Positions 1-7,945 of a stretch of DNA of 64,000 nucleotides are shown here, in pieces. The DNA comes from an uncultured Alphaproteobacteria bacterium (GTDB lineage: Bacteria; Pseudomonadota; Alphaproteobacteria; Bin95): positions 1,068-65,067 of the forward strand of contig CAXBDI010000004.1 in assembly GCA_963974445.1 (NCBI GenBank). Direction: 5' to 3'. The translations under genes and the position numbers were made by a program. Position 1 is the first letter of the stretch, and every line of letters starts with the position of its first letter. The notes beneath the pieces were generated by a model. That model saw nothing but the letters and a program-made list of their open reading frames with translations, was not told the origin of the DNA and did no database searches.

Positions 1-7
1 CTCATAG

Positions 8-48
8 AAAAAGGGGCTGTCGCGCAAGCGTGACAACCCCATTATTTT
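8..48. terminator. Bidirectional rho-independent terminator. Stem ggggctgtc (13-21) pairs with gacaacccc (32-40). A T-tract follows on the plus strand (42-48) and an A-run precedes on the plus strand (8-12), which is a U-tract on the minus strand.
   Basis: A near-perfect 9-bp inverted repeat with a 10-nt loop, flanked by U-tracts on both strands. It sits immediately 3' of the minus-strand lipoprotein ORF, which ends at 67. Confidence 0.6.
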
Positions 49-66
49 GCTGGTGGACAGACAACC

Positions 67-654
67 CTACTCGAATGCTGCGCTTAAACCAGCTAGGCTA
101 TAAGCCCCCCCTCTTGCCCCTCCGGAGTAATGAAACTCATCAATATAGAATAGACCCGTTCCAACTCTTTTTCTCCTTACTATTTGGATATTTCGACGGG
201 ACTCCTCGTTTGACAATTGAACGCTACAACTTGTAGCGTAGCTATCGTTTACGACAGGACCCGTTTGACATTCCGCAACGCTCTTATACTCTCTCCCGGC
301 ACCAGTTAGTATAAAATCAACCTTCTGGGGAGGTGAGTTGGGTGGGAACAAAAAATCTGACGAGAAGCTAGCCGGCCCCCCGAAAACGTAAACCGTAGAT
401 AGCCCACGTCTACTCAAAGTAAAGTATGCCACTGCTTTGTTATTGCCGTCATTGTCGAACGACCCATCTGGCTGACGGGTGAAAGTGTTTGGCTCCCCGT
501 TAACGAGAATAACGACTTGCTTTTGGGGAGCACCAGCCGTGAGCGAAGCTGGGATGGCTCCTCCAGCCGCCGATGGCCCACCGGCACTACTGCATGCACT
601 CAGAGCCAACAGCGCGCCGCTGATCAGCAAAAAACCGAATTTAGTCATTTTCAA
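67..654 (-). CDS. Hypothetical secreted lipoprotein (195 aa) in a lower-GC segment.
   Basis: N-terminal signal peptide with a lipobox (…LLALSAC SS). No recognisable catalytic motifs. Local GC is visibly lower than in the rest of the window. The terminator lies directly downstream. Confidence 0.5.
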   Translation of the reverse strand: MKMTKFGFLLISGALLALSACSSAGGPSAAGGAIPASLTAGAPQKQVVILVNGEPNTFTRQPDGSFDNDGNNKAVAYFTLSRRGLSTVYVFGGPASFSSDFLFPPNSPPQKVDFILTGAGREYKSVAECQTGPVVNDSYATSCSVQLSNEESRRNIQIVRRKRVGTGLFYIDEFHYSGGARGGAYSLAGLSAAFE

Positions 655-793
655 TCTCCAAGGATCTGACCTGCCAACTTGGCAGTGACTTCATAATGCA
701 GCATAAAGCAAATTCCACATTTGTCAGAGCGTGTTTGGGCAGGGACATCGACGTCTTGTCTCGTGTTGGGAAAACCGGATTCCCATGACTTTC

Positions 794-845
794 TATAAAA
801 TAATTCGGGCCCCGACCGCCGCTTTTACGCGGAGCCGAGGCCCGG
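794..845 (-). terminator. Candidate rho-independent terminator of the TAXI-TRAP gene.
   Basis: An imperfect GC-rich inverted repeat (806-822 / 829-845) is followed on the minus strand by a U-rich run (plus strand 795-805, A/T-rich). It lies 10 bp 3' of the stop at 856-858. Confidence 0.4.
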
Positions 846-855
846 TCGTCTGCGA

Positions 856-1836
856 TTACATCCAACCGCGCTCTTTGTAGTACTTCACCGCGCCATCGTG
901 CAGCGGCGCCGAGTTACCGGCACGGATCATGTCCTCTTCCTTCAAGTCCGCAAAAGCCGGATGCAGCTTCTTGAAGCGGTCGAAGTTGTCGAACACGGCT
1001 TTAACGACCTGATAGATCGTCTCCTCCGGCACATCGGAGGACGACACGAAGGTCGCCTTTACGCCGAAGGTGTTGGTGTCGGTGTCGGTGCCCTTGTACA
1101 TGCCGCCGGGGATGGTCGCCTTGGCGTAGAACGGGTTATCCGCCACCAATTTGTCGATGGCCGGCCCTTCGACAGAGACCAGATTGGCGTCGGTCGTCGT
1201 CGTGGCTTCCTGAATCGAGCCCGAGGGGTGGCCGACCGTGAACACCATGGCGTCGATCTTGTTATCGCCCAGCGCGCCGGCCTGCTCCGCCGACTTCAAC
1301 TCGGAGGCGAGCGCGAAATCGTCGATTGTCCAGCCTTTCGCCTCCAGCACCACATCCATCGTCGCCCGCTGGCCAGAGCCCGGGTTGCCGATGTTGACGC
1401 GCTTGCCCTTCAGATCGTCGAAGGTCGCGATATTCGCGTCCTTGCGCGCGACGACCGTGAACGGTTCGCTATGCACGGAGAACACGGCGCGCAGCTTATC
1501 ATAGCCCTCGCCTTCGAACTTGGACGTGCCATTGTAGGCGTGATACTGCCAGTCGGACTGGGCGACGCCCATCTGCCGGTCGCCGTTCTTGATGGCGTTG
1601 ATGTTGTCGATCGAGCCGCCGGTCGAGGGCGCCGTGCACTTGATGCCGTGCTCGGCGGAGCCGCGATTCACCAGCCGGCAAATCGATTGCCCCACAACAT
1701 AGTACACACCGGTTTGCCCGCCGGTGCCGATAGTGACGAAGCTTTCCTCCGCAGAACTGGCTGTATGTGTCAGACCACTTACTGCAAAAGCGAAAGCCGC
1801 AACGCCTGCTATGAGTCCGTGCTGCTTAAGAGGCAT
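856..1836 (-). CDS. TRAP transporter solute-binding subunit, TAXI family.
   Basis: 326 aa with a signal peptide. The motif GTGGQTGVYYVVGQSICRLVN and the length are typical of TAXI-type TRAP periplasmic receptors. Confidence 0.75.
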   Translation of the reverse strand: MPLKQHGLIAGVAAFAFAVSGLTHTASSAEESFVTIGTGGQTGVYYVVGQSICRLVNRGSAEHGIKCTAPSTGGSIDNINAIKNGDRQMGVAQSDWQYHAYNGTSKFEGEGYDKLRAVFSVHSEPFTVVARKDANIATFDDLKGKRVNIGNPGSGQRATMDVVLEAKGWTIDDFALASELKSAEQAGALGDNKIDAMVFTVGHPSGSIQEATTTTDANLVSVEGPAIDKLVADNPFYAKATIPGGMYKGTDTDTNTFGVKATFVSSSDVPEETIYQVVKAVFDNFDRFKKLHPAFADLKEEDMIRAGNSAPLHDGAVKYYKERGWM

Positions 1837-2084
1837 CTTCTTTCTCCCGTTAAAGTTCGATCAAAAACCATGCGAAGCTTGTCACACATTCAATAGATTA
1901 ACAAGATCAATCCCATTTCTAAATTCTTCACTTTCTGCTTACTGCCTCTGCAACAATATTAAACGAATTGACAGCAAAGAACCGAAATTTGCGCTGCCGC
2001 GTCTTGACTTTCCGCATTTTGACATGACCGGTGATTGACGGCGCTTCTCACCACCCGCAAGTCGGCGGAACCAAAGACCAACCC

Positions 2085-2648
2085 CTAAAACGTTGGCGGC
2101 GTACACGCTGAGATGACGATGCAGGTGGAGTTGCCTATGTTGCGGAAGCGGTGCGGCAACCGCGAATCGAACAGGTAGGCGTCGCCGGGCCCGAGAACGC
2201 TGGTCTGATCGGCAACCGTCACCTCGATATGGCCCTCGACGACGATCCCCGCCTCCTCCGCCTCATGGGCATAGAGTTCCTCGCCGGTGTCGGCGCCGGG
2301 TTCGTAGCGCTCATGCAACATCTGCAGGCTGTGCACAGACGCATCGCCCACCTGGCGGAATACCGCCTTGATCCGGCCATCGACGCACGGCGGCGAGATC
2401 TCCCGCAACTCATCGTGGGAGTAGAAGATCGGCTCCTCCACCGCGGCTTCGGCGGCGAAAAACTCGGAAATCGACACGCCGAGGCCGGCCAAAATTTTCT
2501 TCAGCGAGGAAATCGACGGGCTGGTGCGGTTCTGCTCTACCAGCGAAATCATCCCGTTGGTGACGCCACTCAGATCCGCCAGCTGCCGTTGCGACAGGTT
2601 CTGGGTCATTCGCAGCGCCCGCAGCCGCTTGCCGACATCTATGTCCAT
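2085..2648 (-). CDS. XRE-family HTH plus C-terminal cupin transcriptional regulator (PuuR-like).
   Basis: N-terminal HTH_3 motif (LRALRMTQNLSQRQLADLSGVTNGMISLVEQNRTSPSISSLKKIL) and a C-terminal cupin fold (HSHDELREI…GIVVEGHIEV). Same architecture as E. coli PuuR. Divergent to gabT. Confidence 0.75.
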   Translation of the reverse strand: MDIDVGKRLRALRMTQNLSQRQLADLSGVTNGMISLVEQNRTSPSISSLKKILAGLGVSISEFFAAEAAVEEPIFYSHDELREISPPCVDGRIKAVFRQVGDASVHSLQMLHERYEPGADTGEELYAHEAEEAGIVVEGHIEVTVADQTSVLGPGDAYLFDSRLPHRFRNIGNSTCIVISACTPPTF

Positions 2649-2714
2649 CAGAGTCTCCCATTCGGATCGATTCGTTGGATTATCATAATTTACATCTTGC
2701 CGAATATATTAAAC

Positions 2715-2752
2715 TTGATTAAAAAAAAGTCCATAGCGTTTGATTTAATCAA
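2715..2752. promoter_or_regulatory. Candidate operator in the divergent regulator/gabT intergenic region: inverted repeat ttgattaaa (2715-2723) … tttaatcaa (2744-2752).
   Basis: A perfect 9-bp inverted repeat sits in an AT-rich 140-bp divergent promoter region. The second arm is embedded in the near-palindrome ttgatttaatcaa. Confidence 0.4.
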
Positions 2753-2788
2753 CGCCCGCATCGCATATCGCGGGAAGGAGTACAGGTC

Positions 2789-4069
2789 ATGTCCGCCAAC
2801 GCAGAACTTTGGGCCCGCCGCCAGGCCGCCGTCCCGCGCGGCGTCGCCACCGCCGCCCCGATCTTCATCGACCGCGCCGAGAACGGCGAGCTTTGGGATG
2901 TGGAGGGCAAGCGCTATGTCGATTTCGGGTCCGGCATCGCCGTGACCAACACCGGCCACCGCCATCCCAAGGTTATGGCCGCCGCCATGGCGCAGATGGA
3001 GAAGTTCACGCACACCGCCTTCCAGGTCACCGGCTATGAGGTCTACGTCAAACTGGCGGAGCGGCTGAACGCCCTCGCGCCGATCAAACAGGCGAAGACC
3101 ATCTTCTTTACCACAGGTGCCGAGGCGACCGAGAACGCAATCAAAATCTCGCGCGCCCACACTGGCCGGCCTGGCGTCATCACCTTCACCGGCGGCTTTC
3201 ATGGCCGCACGCTGCTGACCATGGCGATGACCGGCAAGGTCGCGCCCTACAAGACCAAGTTCGGCCCCCTGCCCGCCGGCGTCTTCCACTGCCCGTTCCC
3301 GATCCCGCACCACGGCGTCAGCACCGAGGACTCGCTGCGGGCGCTCGACCATATCTTCCGCGCCGACTGCGGGCCGGACCAGGTGGCGGCCATCGTCATC
3401 GAGCCGGTGCAGGGCGAAGGCGGCTTTTATCAGGTGCCGAAACCCTTCATGAAGGCGCTGCGCGAAATCTGTGACCAGCACGGCATCATGCTGGTGGCCG
3501 ACGAGGTGCAGACCGGCTTTGCCCGCACCGGCAAGCTGTTCGCGATCGAGCACTATGACGTCGAGCCGGATCTGATCCCGATTGCCAAGGCGCTGGGCGG
3601 CGGCTTCCCGATTTCCGGCCTGATCGGCAAGGCGGAGATCATGGACGCGCCGGAGCCGGGCGGCCTCGGTGGCACCTATTCCGGCAGCCCGGTTGCGTGC
3701 GCGGCGGCTCTGGCGGTGCTGGATGTCATCGTCGAGGAGAAGCTCTGTGAGCGCGCCAATACCATCGGTGCCAAGATGGTGAAGCGGTTGGAGGCGGTGC
3801 GCCGCTCCAACACTTCCACGCCCATCGGCGACATCCGCGGCCTGGGCGCGATGGTGGCGTTCGAACTGGTAAAGGAGCGTGGCGGCCACGACCCGGCGCC
3901 GGAGGCGATCAAGCCTGTACTCGATGGTGCGCTGGACCAGGGGTTGATCCTGCTGTCCTGTGGCTACTACGCCAACACCATCCGCCTGATAGCGCCGTTG
4001 ACCATCACCGACGACCATCTGGACCAGGGGTTGGACATTCTTGAGAGCTCCTTAGTGCAGGCCGCCTGA
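2789..4069 (+). CDS. gabT: 4-aminobutyrate--2-oxoglutarate transaminase (class III PLP aminotransferase).
   Basis: 426 aa, full-length similarity pattern to GabT/PuuE (…DVEGKRYVDFGSGIAVTNTGHRHPKV…, …LVADEVQTGFARTGKLFA… with the PLP lysine region). Confidence 0.85.
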   Translation: MSANAELWARRQAAVPRGVATAAPIFIDRAENGELWDVEGKRYVDFGSGIAVTNTGHRHPKVMAAAMAQMEKFTHTAFQVTGYEVYVKLAERLNALAPIKQAKTIFFTTGAEATENAIKISRAHTGRPGVITFTGGFHGRTLLTMAMTGKVAPYKTKFGPLPAGVFHCPFPIPHHGVSTEDSLRALDHIFRADCGPDQVAAIVIEPVQGEGGFYQVPKPFMKALREICDQHGIMLVADEVQTGFARTGKLFAIEHYDVEPDLIPIAKALGGGFPISGLIGKAEIMDAPEPGGLGGTYSGSPVACAAALAVLDVIVEEKLCERANTIGAKMVKRLEAVRRSNTSTPIGDIRGLGAMVAFELVKERGGHDPAPEAIKPVLDGALDQGLILLSCGYYANTIRLIAPLTITDDHLDQGLDILESSLVQAA

Positions 4070-4093
4070 CCAACGGCCGGTACGGAAGGAGAG

Positions 4094-4140
4094 CCGGCGC
4101 GGACCTGCATTCATGTCAGGTCTGCGCCGGTTCTATTTTC
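4094..4140. terminator. Rho-independent terminator between convergent gabT (+) and the mscS-like gene (-).
   Basis: Stems gccggcgcggacctg / caggtctgcgccgg with a 9-nt loop, followed by ttctattttc. Confidence 0.6.
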
Positions 4141-5442
4141 CGACGGTCCGTCTTTGCCCGGCAGGATCGTCACATCGCGGCGGGGATAGGGAATTTGGAT
4201 GCCGTTCGCCTTGAACGCATCCCACACAGCCAGATAAACGTCGCCGCGCACATTGGTCAGGCCGTTGACCGGGTCCCTGATCCAGAAGCGTAGAATGAGA
4301 TCGATGGACGAGTCGCCGAAGCCAACGATATGGCAGACCGGCGGCGTCACGGTGACGACGCGTTTGACCGTCGCTGCCGCCTCCCGCGCGACCCGGCGGA
4401 CGACGTGCGGGTCGGAATCGTAGCTGACGCCAAAATAGATATCGAGCCGGATATCTTCGTTGGAATACGACCAGTTCACCACCTGGCTGGTGATCAGATC
4501 CTCGTTCGGCACCAGGAATTCCCGCCCGTCGCGGGTCAGGACGGACACGTAGCGAGCGCCCAGGGTCTGAATCCAGCCGAACGTCTCCCCCAGCGAGATG
4601 ACGTCGCCCGGCTTGATCGACTTATCCATCAGCAGGATCAAGCCGGACACCAGGTTGGACGCCACCTTTTGCAAGCCAAAACCGATGCCTAGACCGATGG
4701 CGCCGGACAGAACCGTAATGCTGGTCAGATCGAAGCCACTGGCGTACAGCCCAAACAGGATAGCCGCGCCGAACAGGCCCATCCGCAGCAGCTTGGTCGT
4801 TAGCACCCGCATTGACGGCGAGATATCCTCGACCGTCTCGATCCGGCGCACGAGCAGGCGAGATATCCAACTGGCGATGGCGAACAGTAATGCCACCGTC
4901 ACCACTGCTTTAATCACCAGCAGCAGCGAGAGCCGAACTTCGCCAAATGTCAGGGCGGCGCTGTCGAGTACGGCGAAGGTCTCATCGACGATGCCGATCG
5001 CCGACAGCGTGAAGAATATCCAGGCGGCCCAGGTGACGATGGTTCGCAACAACCCATTGCGAATGATTCGCGAGGCGATCGACACGAATACGATGACCGT
5101 AACGAAGCTTGCGATGGCGGAGACATAGTAGCTGCGGCTCAGCCAAGTCGCCGACTGCAGTACTAAGACGCTCAACCACGCAAGCAGTATAAACATCAGC
5201 GGTCGCAGCCGCCGGATCAGCAGCAATGGCAGCCGCAGTTGCGACAGCCGCTTCTGCGGCAGATCGCGCAGCCGCTGCTCCAGCTTCGGGCCGATCAGCC
5301 GGGCGGCCAGGTGGGCAACGCCGAACAGCAGCAGCATCAGGCCGAACTGGATCAACACCCAAGGCTGACCCAGAGTTTCGACCCAGCCCGACACCAGGCC
5401 CGGCAGCGAGTTCAGGAAATCCAGTATCGCCGCGACGTCCAT
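4111..5442 (-). CDS. Mechanosensitive ion channel, MscS family (multi-TM N-terminus plus MscS beta-domain).
   Basis: 443 aa with several N-terminal TM helices, then the MscS signature region (LLLMDKSIKPGDVISLGETFGWIQTLGARYVSVLTRDGREFLVPNEDLITSQVVNWSY). It starts 4 bp after the upstream C45 gene stop, so is probably co-transcribed. Confidence 0.8.
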   Translation of the reverse strand: MDVAAILDFLNSLPGLVSGWVETLGQPWVLIQFGLMLLLFGVAHLAARLIGPKLEQRLRDLPQKRLSQLRLPLLLIRRLRPLMFILLAWLSVLVLQSATWLSRSYYVSAIASFVTVIVFVSIASRIIRNGLLRTIVTWAAWIFFTLSAIGIVDETFAVLDSAALTFGEVRLSLLLVIKAVVTVALLFAIASWISRLLVRRIETVEDISPSMRVLTTKLLRMGLFGAAILFGLYASGFDLTSITVLSGAIGLGIGFGLQKVASNLVSGLILLMDKSIKPGDVISLGETFGWIQTLGARYVSVLTRDGREFLVPNEDLITSQVVNWSYSNEDIRLDIYFGVSYDSDPHVVRRVAREAAATVKRVVTVTPPVCHIVGFGDSSIDLILRFWIRDPVNGLTNVRGDVYLAVWDAFKANGIQIPYPRRDVTILPGKDGPSENRTGADLT

Positions 5443-5445
5443 GGC

Positions 5446-6423
5446 CTATGCGGCCTCCGGGTAGGAGATGCGCCGCGCGCCGTGCGCTGGCTCGTCGAGC
5501 GACAGCCGCCAGACCTCGCCCGGCCAGCGCAACTCCATCCGCCGCTCAGCCGGGTAATAGACTGCGGTGTAGAGCGTGCCGAACCCCTGTCCGAAGGCGA
5601 GCGAGTAAAGCGGCGGCCGCAAAAACGCGCCGATAAAGCGCTCCGCAGGCTCCACATGCAATGTCAGGCGATGCAGCAGGAAGCGCTCGCGCTCGACCGT
5701 CGCGGTCAGGCGGGCGTGGCTGGTCCACTCGACCCGTTCCTGATGGTTTGTCGCCACCGCTGCGTGGGTGATGATGGTCTCGCGGCCGGGCGACATATAG
5801 GCGGTGACGTAGCGCCGCTTCGCATCGAGCGCCGTCACGTTGTAGCTCATATGCACGGGCAAACGCTTCAGCGCCCGTTCCGCCTCCGCCGCCGTTTCGC
5901 AGGTTTGCAAGACATAGCGCAGGATCAGCGGCACGCCGAAGCCCCGCCCGATCGCCCGCCGACCGCCGAATGTCAAGGACAGGGCCAGGCCGGCGTCGTT
6001 CACGCCATCGACCAAACCCCACATGCCATCGGACGTACCCATGACCTTGCGGCCCTGCCAGTCCGATTGCAGCACCACCCCGTCGAAAGCGTTCGGGCTG
6101 TAGTCGTAATTGCGCGCCAGCAGGGGCTGCGGCCCCGGCCAGATCGCCTGACTGCACCCGGCCAGATAGGCGGGCGGCCTCCAGAACGACAGGAACCGGG
6201 CGGCAGGATCGCTACCGCCGGCCAGTTCACACAACTCCTCATAAAGCGGCACGACCTCCGGCATATACCGCACCAATGCGCGGCGGCATTCCATGTAGGT
6301 CGGGCGGTTTTCCAGCCCTTCCCTCGCCCACCACTGCCGGTAGGCCGGCCAGAGGCGCTCGAACCCCTGCTTCCAGACCGGACCGGGCCCGTCGTCCGCA
6401 AGGGCTTGAAACACAACCTGCAT
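5446..6423 (-). CDS. Peptidase C45-family Ntn-hydrolase / acyl-CoA:6-APA acyltransferase-like protein.
   Basis: 325 aa. It has a Gly-Cys autoprocessing/nucleophile candidate (…AYLAGCSQAIW…) and overall C45 (isopenicillin-N-acyltransferase-like) architecture. The assignment is family-level only. Confidence 0.5.
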   Translation of the reverse strand: MQVVFQALADDGPGPVWKQGFERLWPAYRQWWAREGLENRPTYMECRRALVRYMPEVVPLYEELCELAGGSDPAARFLSFWRPPAYLAGCSQAIWPGPQPLLARNYDYSPNAFDGVVLQSDWQGRKVMGTSDGMWGLVDGVNDAGLALSLTFGGRRAIGRGFGVPLILRYVLQTCETAAEAERALKRLPVHMSYNVTALDAKRRYVTAYMSPGRETIITHAAVATNHQERVEWTSHARLTATVERERFLLHRLTLHVEPAERFIGAFLRPPLYSLAFGQGFGTLYTAVYYPAERRMELRWPGEVWRLSLDEPAHGARRISYPEAA

Positions 6424-6458
6424 CGCTCGCCTGACTCTTGGGGTTGCCGGGACAAGCC

Positions 6459-7907
6459 CTACATGATCTTGAACGCAGGCTCGGTCGGTGCTGCGGACGG
6501 CAGCGGCTTGGCGGAGAACAGGTTCTTAATCCCGGAAATCCAACCCTTCGAACGGTCGTTCAGGCGGAAGCGCTGATCCATCGCCCGGCCGCGCGTCACC
6601 AGGATGCCCAGATCGGCGCCCTCATAGCGGAAATCGCCCGGCCCCAGAATCCGCAGGAAGAACGCCTCTTTCTCCGTCTCCACCGCCCGGCGGTGATAGT
6701 CGAAGCGGTCATAGGACAGCGTGCCGTCGTCATTCATGCGGTAAATGCCGGTTTCCGGCGCGTGCGTGACGACGTCGACGGTGTCCTCCGTATGCTTGAT
6801 CACCATCTGGCACCAGGAATCGATATTGGCCTGGTCGGCCCAGCGATTGTTGAGTTCGGCGACATCCAAATCAAATGGCACGCCGGAAAACTCCAGCAGG
6901 TGGAACAGGAACAGCGGCGCATCGGCGTGGGCGAAGGCGGCGTGGTTGGTCATGGATGATGCGCCGGTGATGCGCGGATTCAACTCGCCCAGGTAGATTT
7001 CGCCGGTTTTCTCCTCGATCAGGAAATCCAGCTCGAAATAGCCGCGATAGCCCTCCTTCCGCAACTGCTCGCCGAACTTGAAGGTCAGGTCGCGGGCTTT
7101 TTGGCGGACTTTCGGGCTGAAAGCGGTGGAGAAAATTTCGTTGCCGCACCAGCCGCCGCGATAAGGGGTCAAATCCTTGAATCCAACCAACTCGGTCATC
7201 AACGGGCCGACGATAGTGCCTTGCTTGGTCGCGCACGCCTCGATCGCAGAGCCTCTGCAATCGATGCGTTTCATGATCTTGATCTCGCCCTCGCCGACGA
7301 TCTCATGCTCATGCTGGCGAAAATCCGCCTCGGAGTTGATGAAGAAGGTCGTGTGGCCGGAATCGCCGAACGCCGATTGCAGCACGAGGTCGCTGCCGAT
7401 TCCGGCCTCCTTGACGATCTCCTGCAAGTGGTCCCAGCCTTCCACCTTCGACAGGGTGTTCGGCACCGATGGCACGCCCGCCTTGTCGCCGATGCGCACG
7501 GTTTCGATCTTGTTGTCAACGCGGCTGCGCAGCTTCGCCTTTGGGAACCAGACTTCGGCGCCCAGCTCCTTCGCCAGCTTTTCGGTGGCCTCGTCAAACA
7601 TTAAGAACACGAACTTCGGCTTGCCGCCCCGCTCCTTCACGAAGTCGTGCACCTCCTTGTGACCGAGCAGGTAGTTATTGATGTCTTCTATAGATGTGAA
7701 TTCCGCATGCGGAACTTCCGACGGCACCAGCACGTTGGGATGGCGGCCGTCATAGCAGTCGATATAGGTGATATACTTGAAGTTCTTCACCCACTCATCG
7801 ATGCCGAGCAGGTTGAAGTTCGTTGCAGAAATAAAATAGATCGGCTGATCGTTGCGATGGAAAAAACGACGAATTTCCGAAATATTCTTCAGGGGTTTGC
7901 GAGCCAT
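6459..7907 (-). CDS. ATP-grasp carboxylate-amine ligase (D-Ala-D-Ala-ligase-like catalytic core with a ~130-aa N-terminal extension).
   Basis: 482 aa. It carries the ATP-grasp Mg/ATP motif …YFELDFLIEEKTGEIYLGELNPRITG… (E-x-N-P-R) and a central P-loop-like region KAKLRSRVDNKIETVRIGDKAGVPSVP. Confidence 0.6.
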   Translation of the reverse strand: MARKPLKNISEIRRFFHRNDQPIYFISATNFNLLGIDEWVKNFKYITYIDCYDGRHPNVLVPSEVPHAEFTSIEDINNYLLGHKEVHDFVKERGGKPKFVFLMFDEATEKLAKELGAEVWFPKAKLRSRVDNKIETVRIGDKAGVPSVPNTLSKVEGWDHLQEIVKEAGIGSDLVLQSAFGDSGHTTFFINSEADFRQHEHEIVGEGEIKIMKRIDCRGSAIEACATKQGTIVGPLMTELVGFKDLTPYRGGWCGNEIFSTAFSPKVRQKARDLTFKFGEQLRKEGYRGYFELDFLIEEKTGEIYLGELNPRITGASSMTNHAAFAHADAPLFLFHLLEFSGVPFDLDVAELNNRWADQANIDSWCQMVIKHTEDTVDVVTHAPETGIYRMNDDGTLSYDRFDYHRRAVETEKEAFFLRILGPGDFRYEGADLGILVTRGRAMDQRFRLNDRSKGWISGIKNLFSAKPLPSAAPTEPAFKIM

Positions 7908-7945
7908 GATGATGTCTCCGCCTCTCGATTATTGTCGTGAAAAGT

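Noticed and set aside
898-1896. 332-aa plus-strand ORF antisense to the TAXI-TRAP gene. Similar long alternative-frame ORFs occur at 2151-2945, 2690-4018, 5239-6576, 8651-10876, 12163-13734, 17534-19372, 38117-39862, 58527-60563, 62492-63751, etc.
   Set aside because: They are Arg/Ala/Gly/Pro-rich low-complexity translations, typical of stop-codon-poor frames in 65% GC DNA. Each overlaps a gene with clear family signatures on the other strand or frame, and none carries recognisable motifs.
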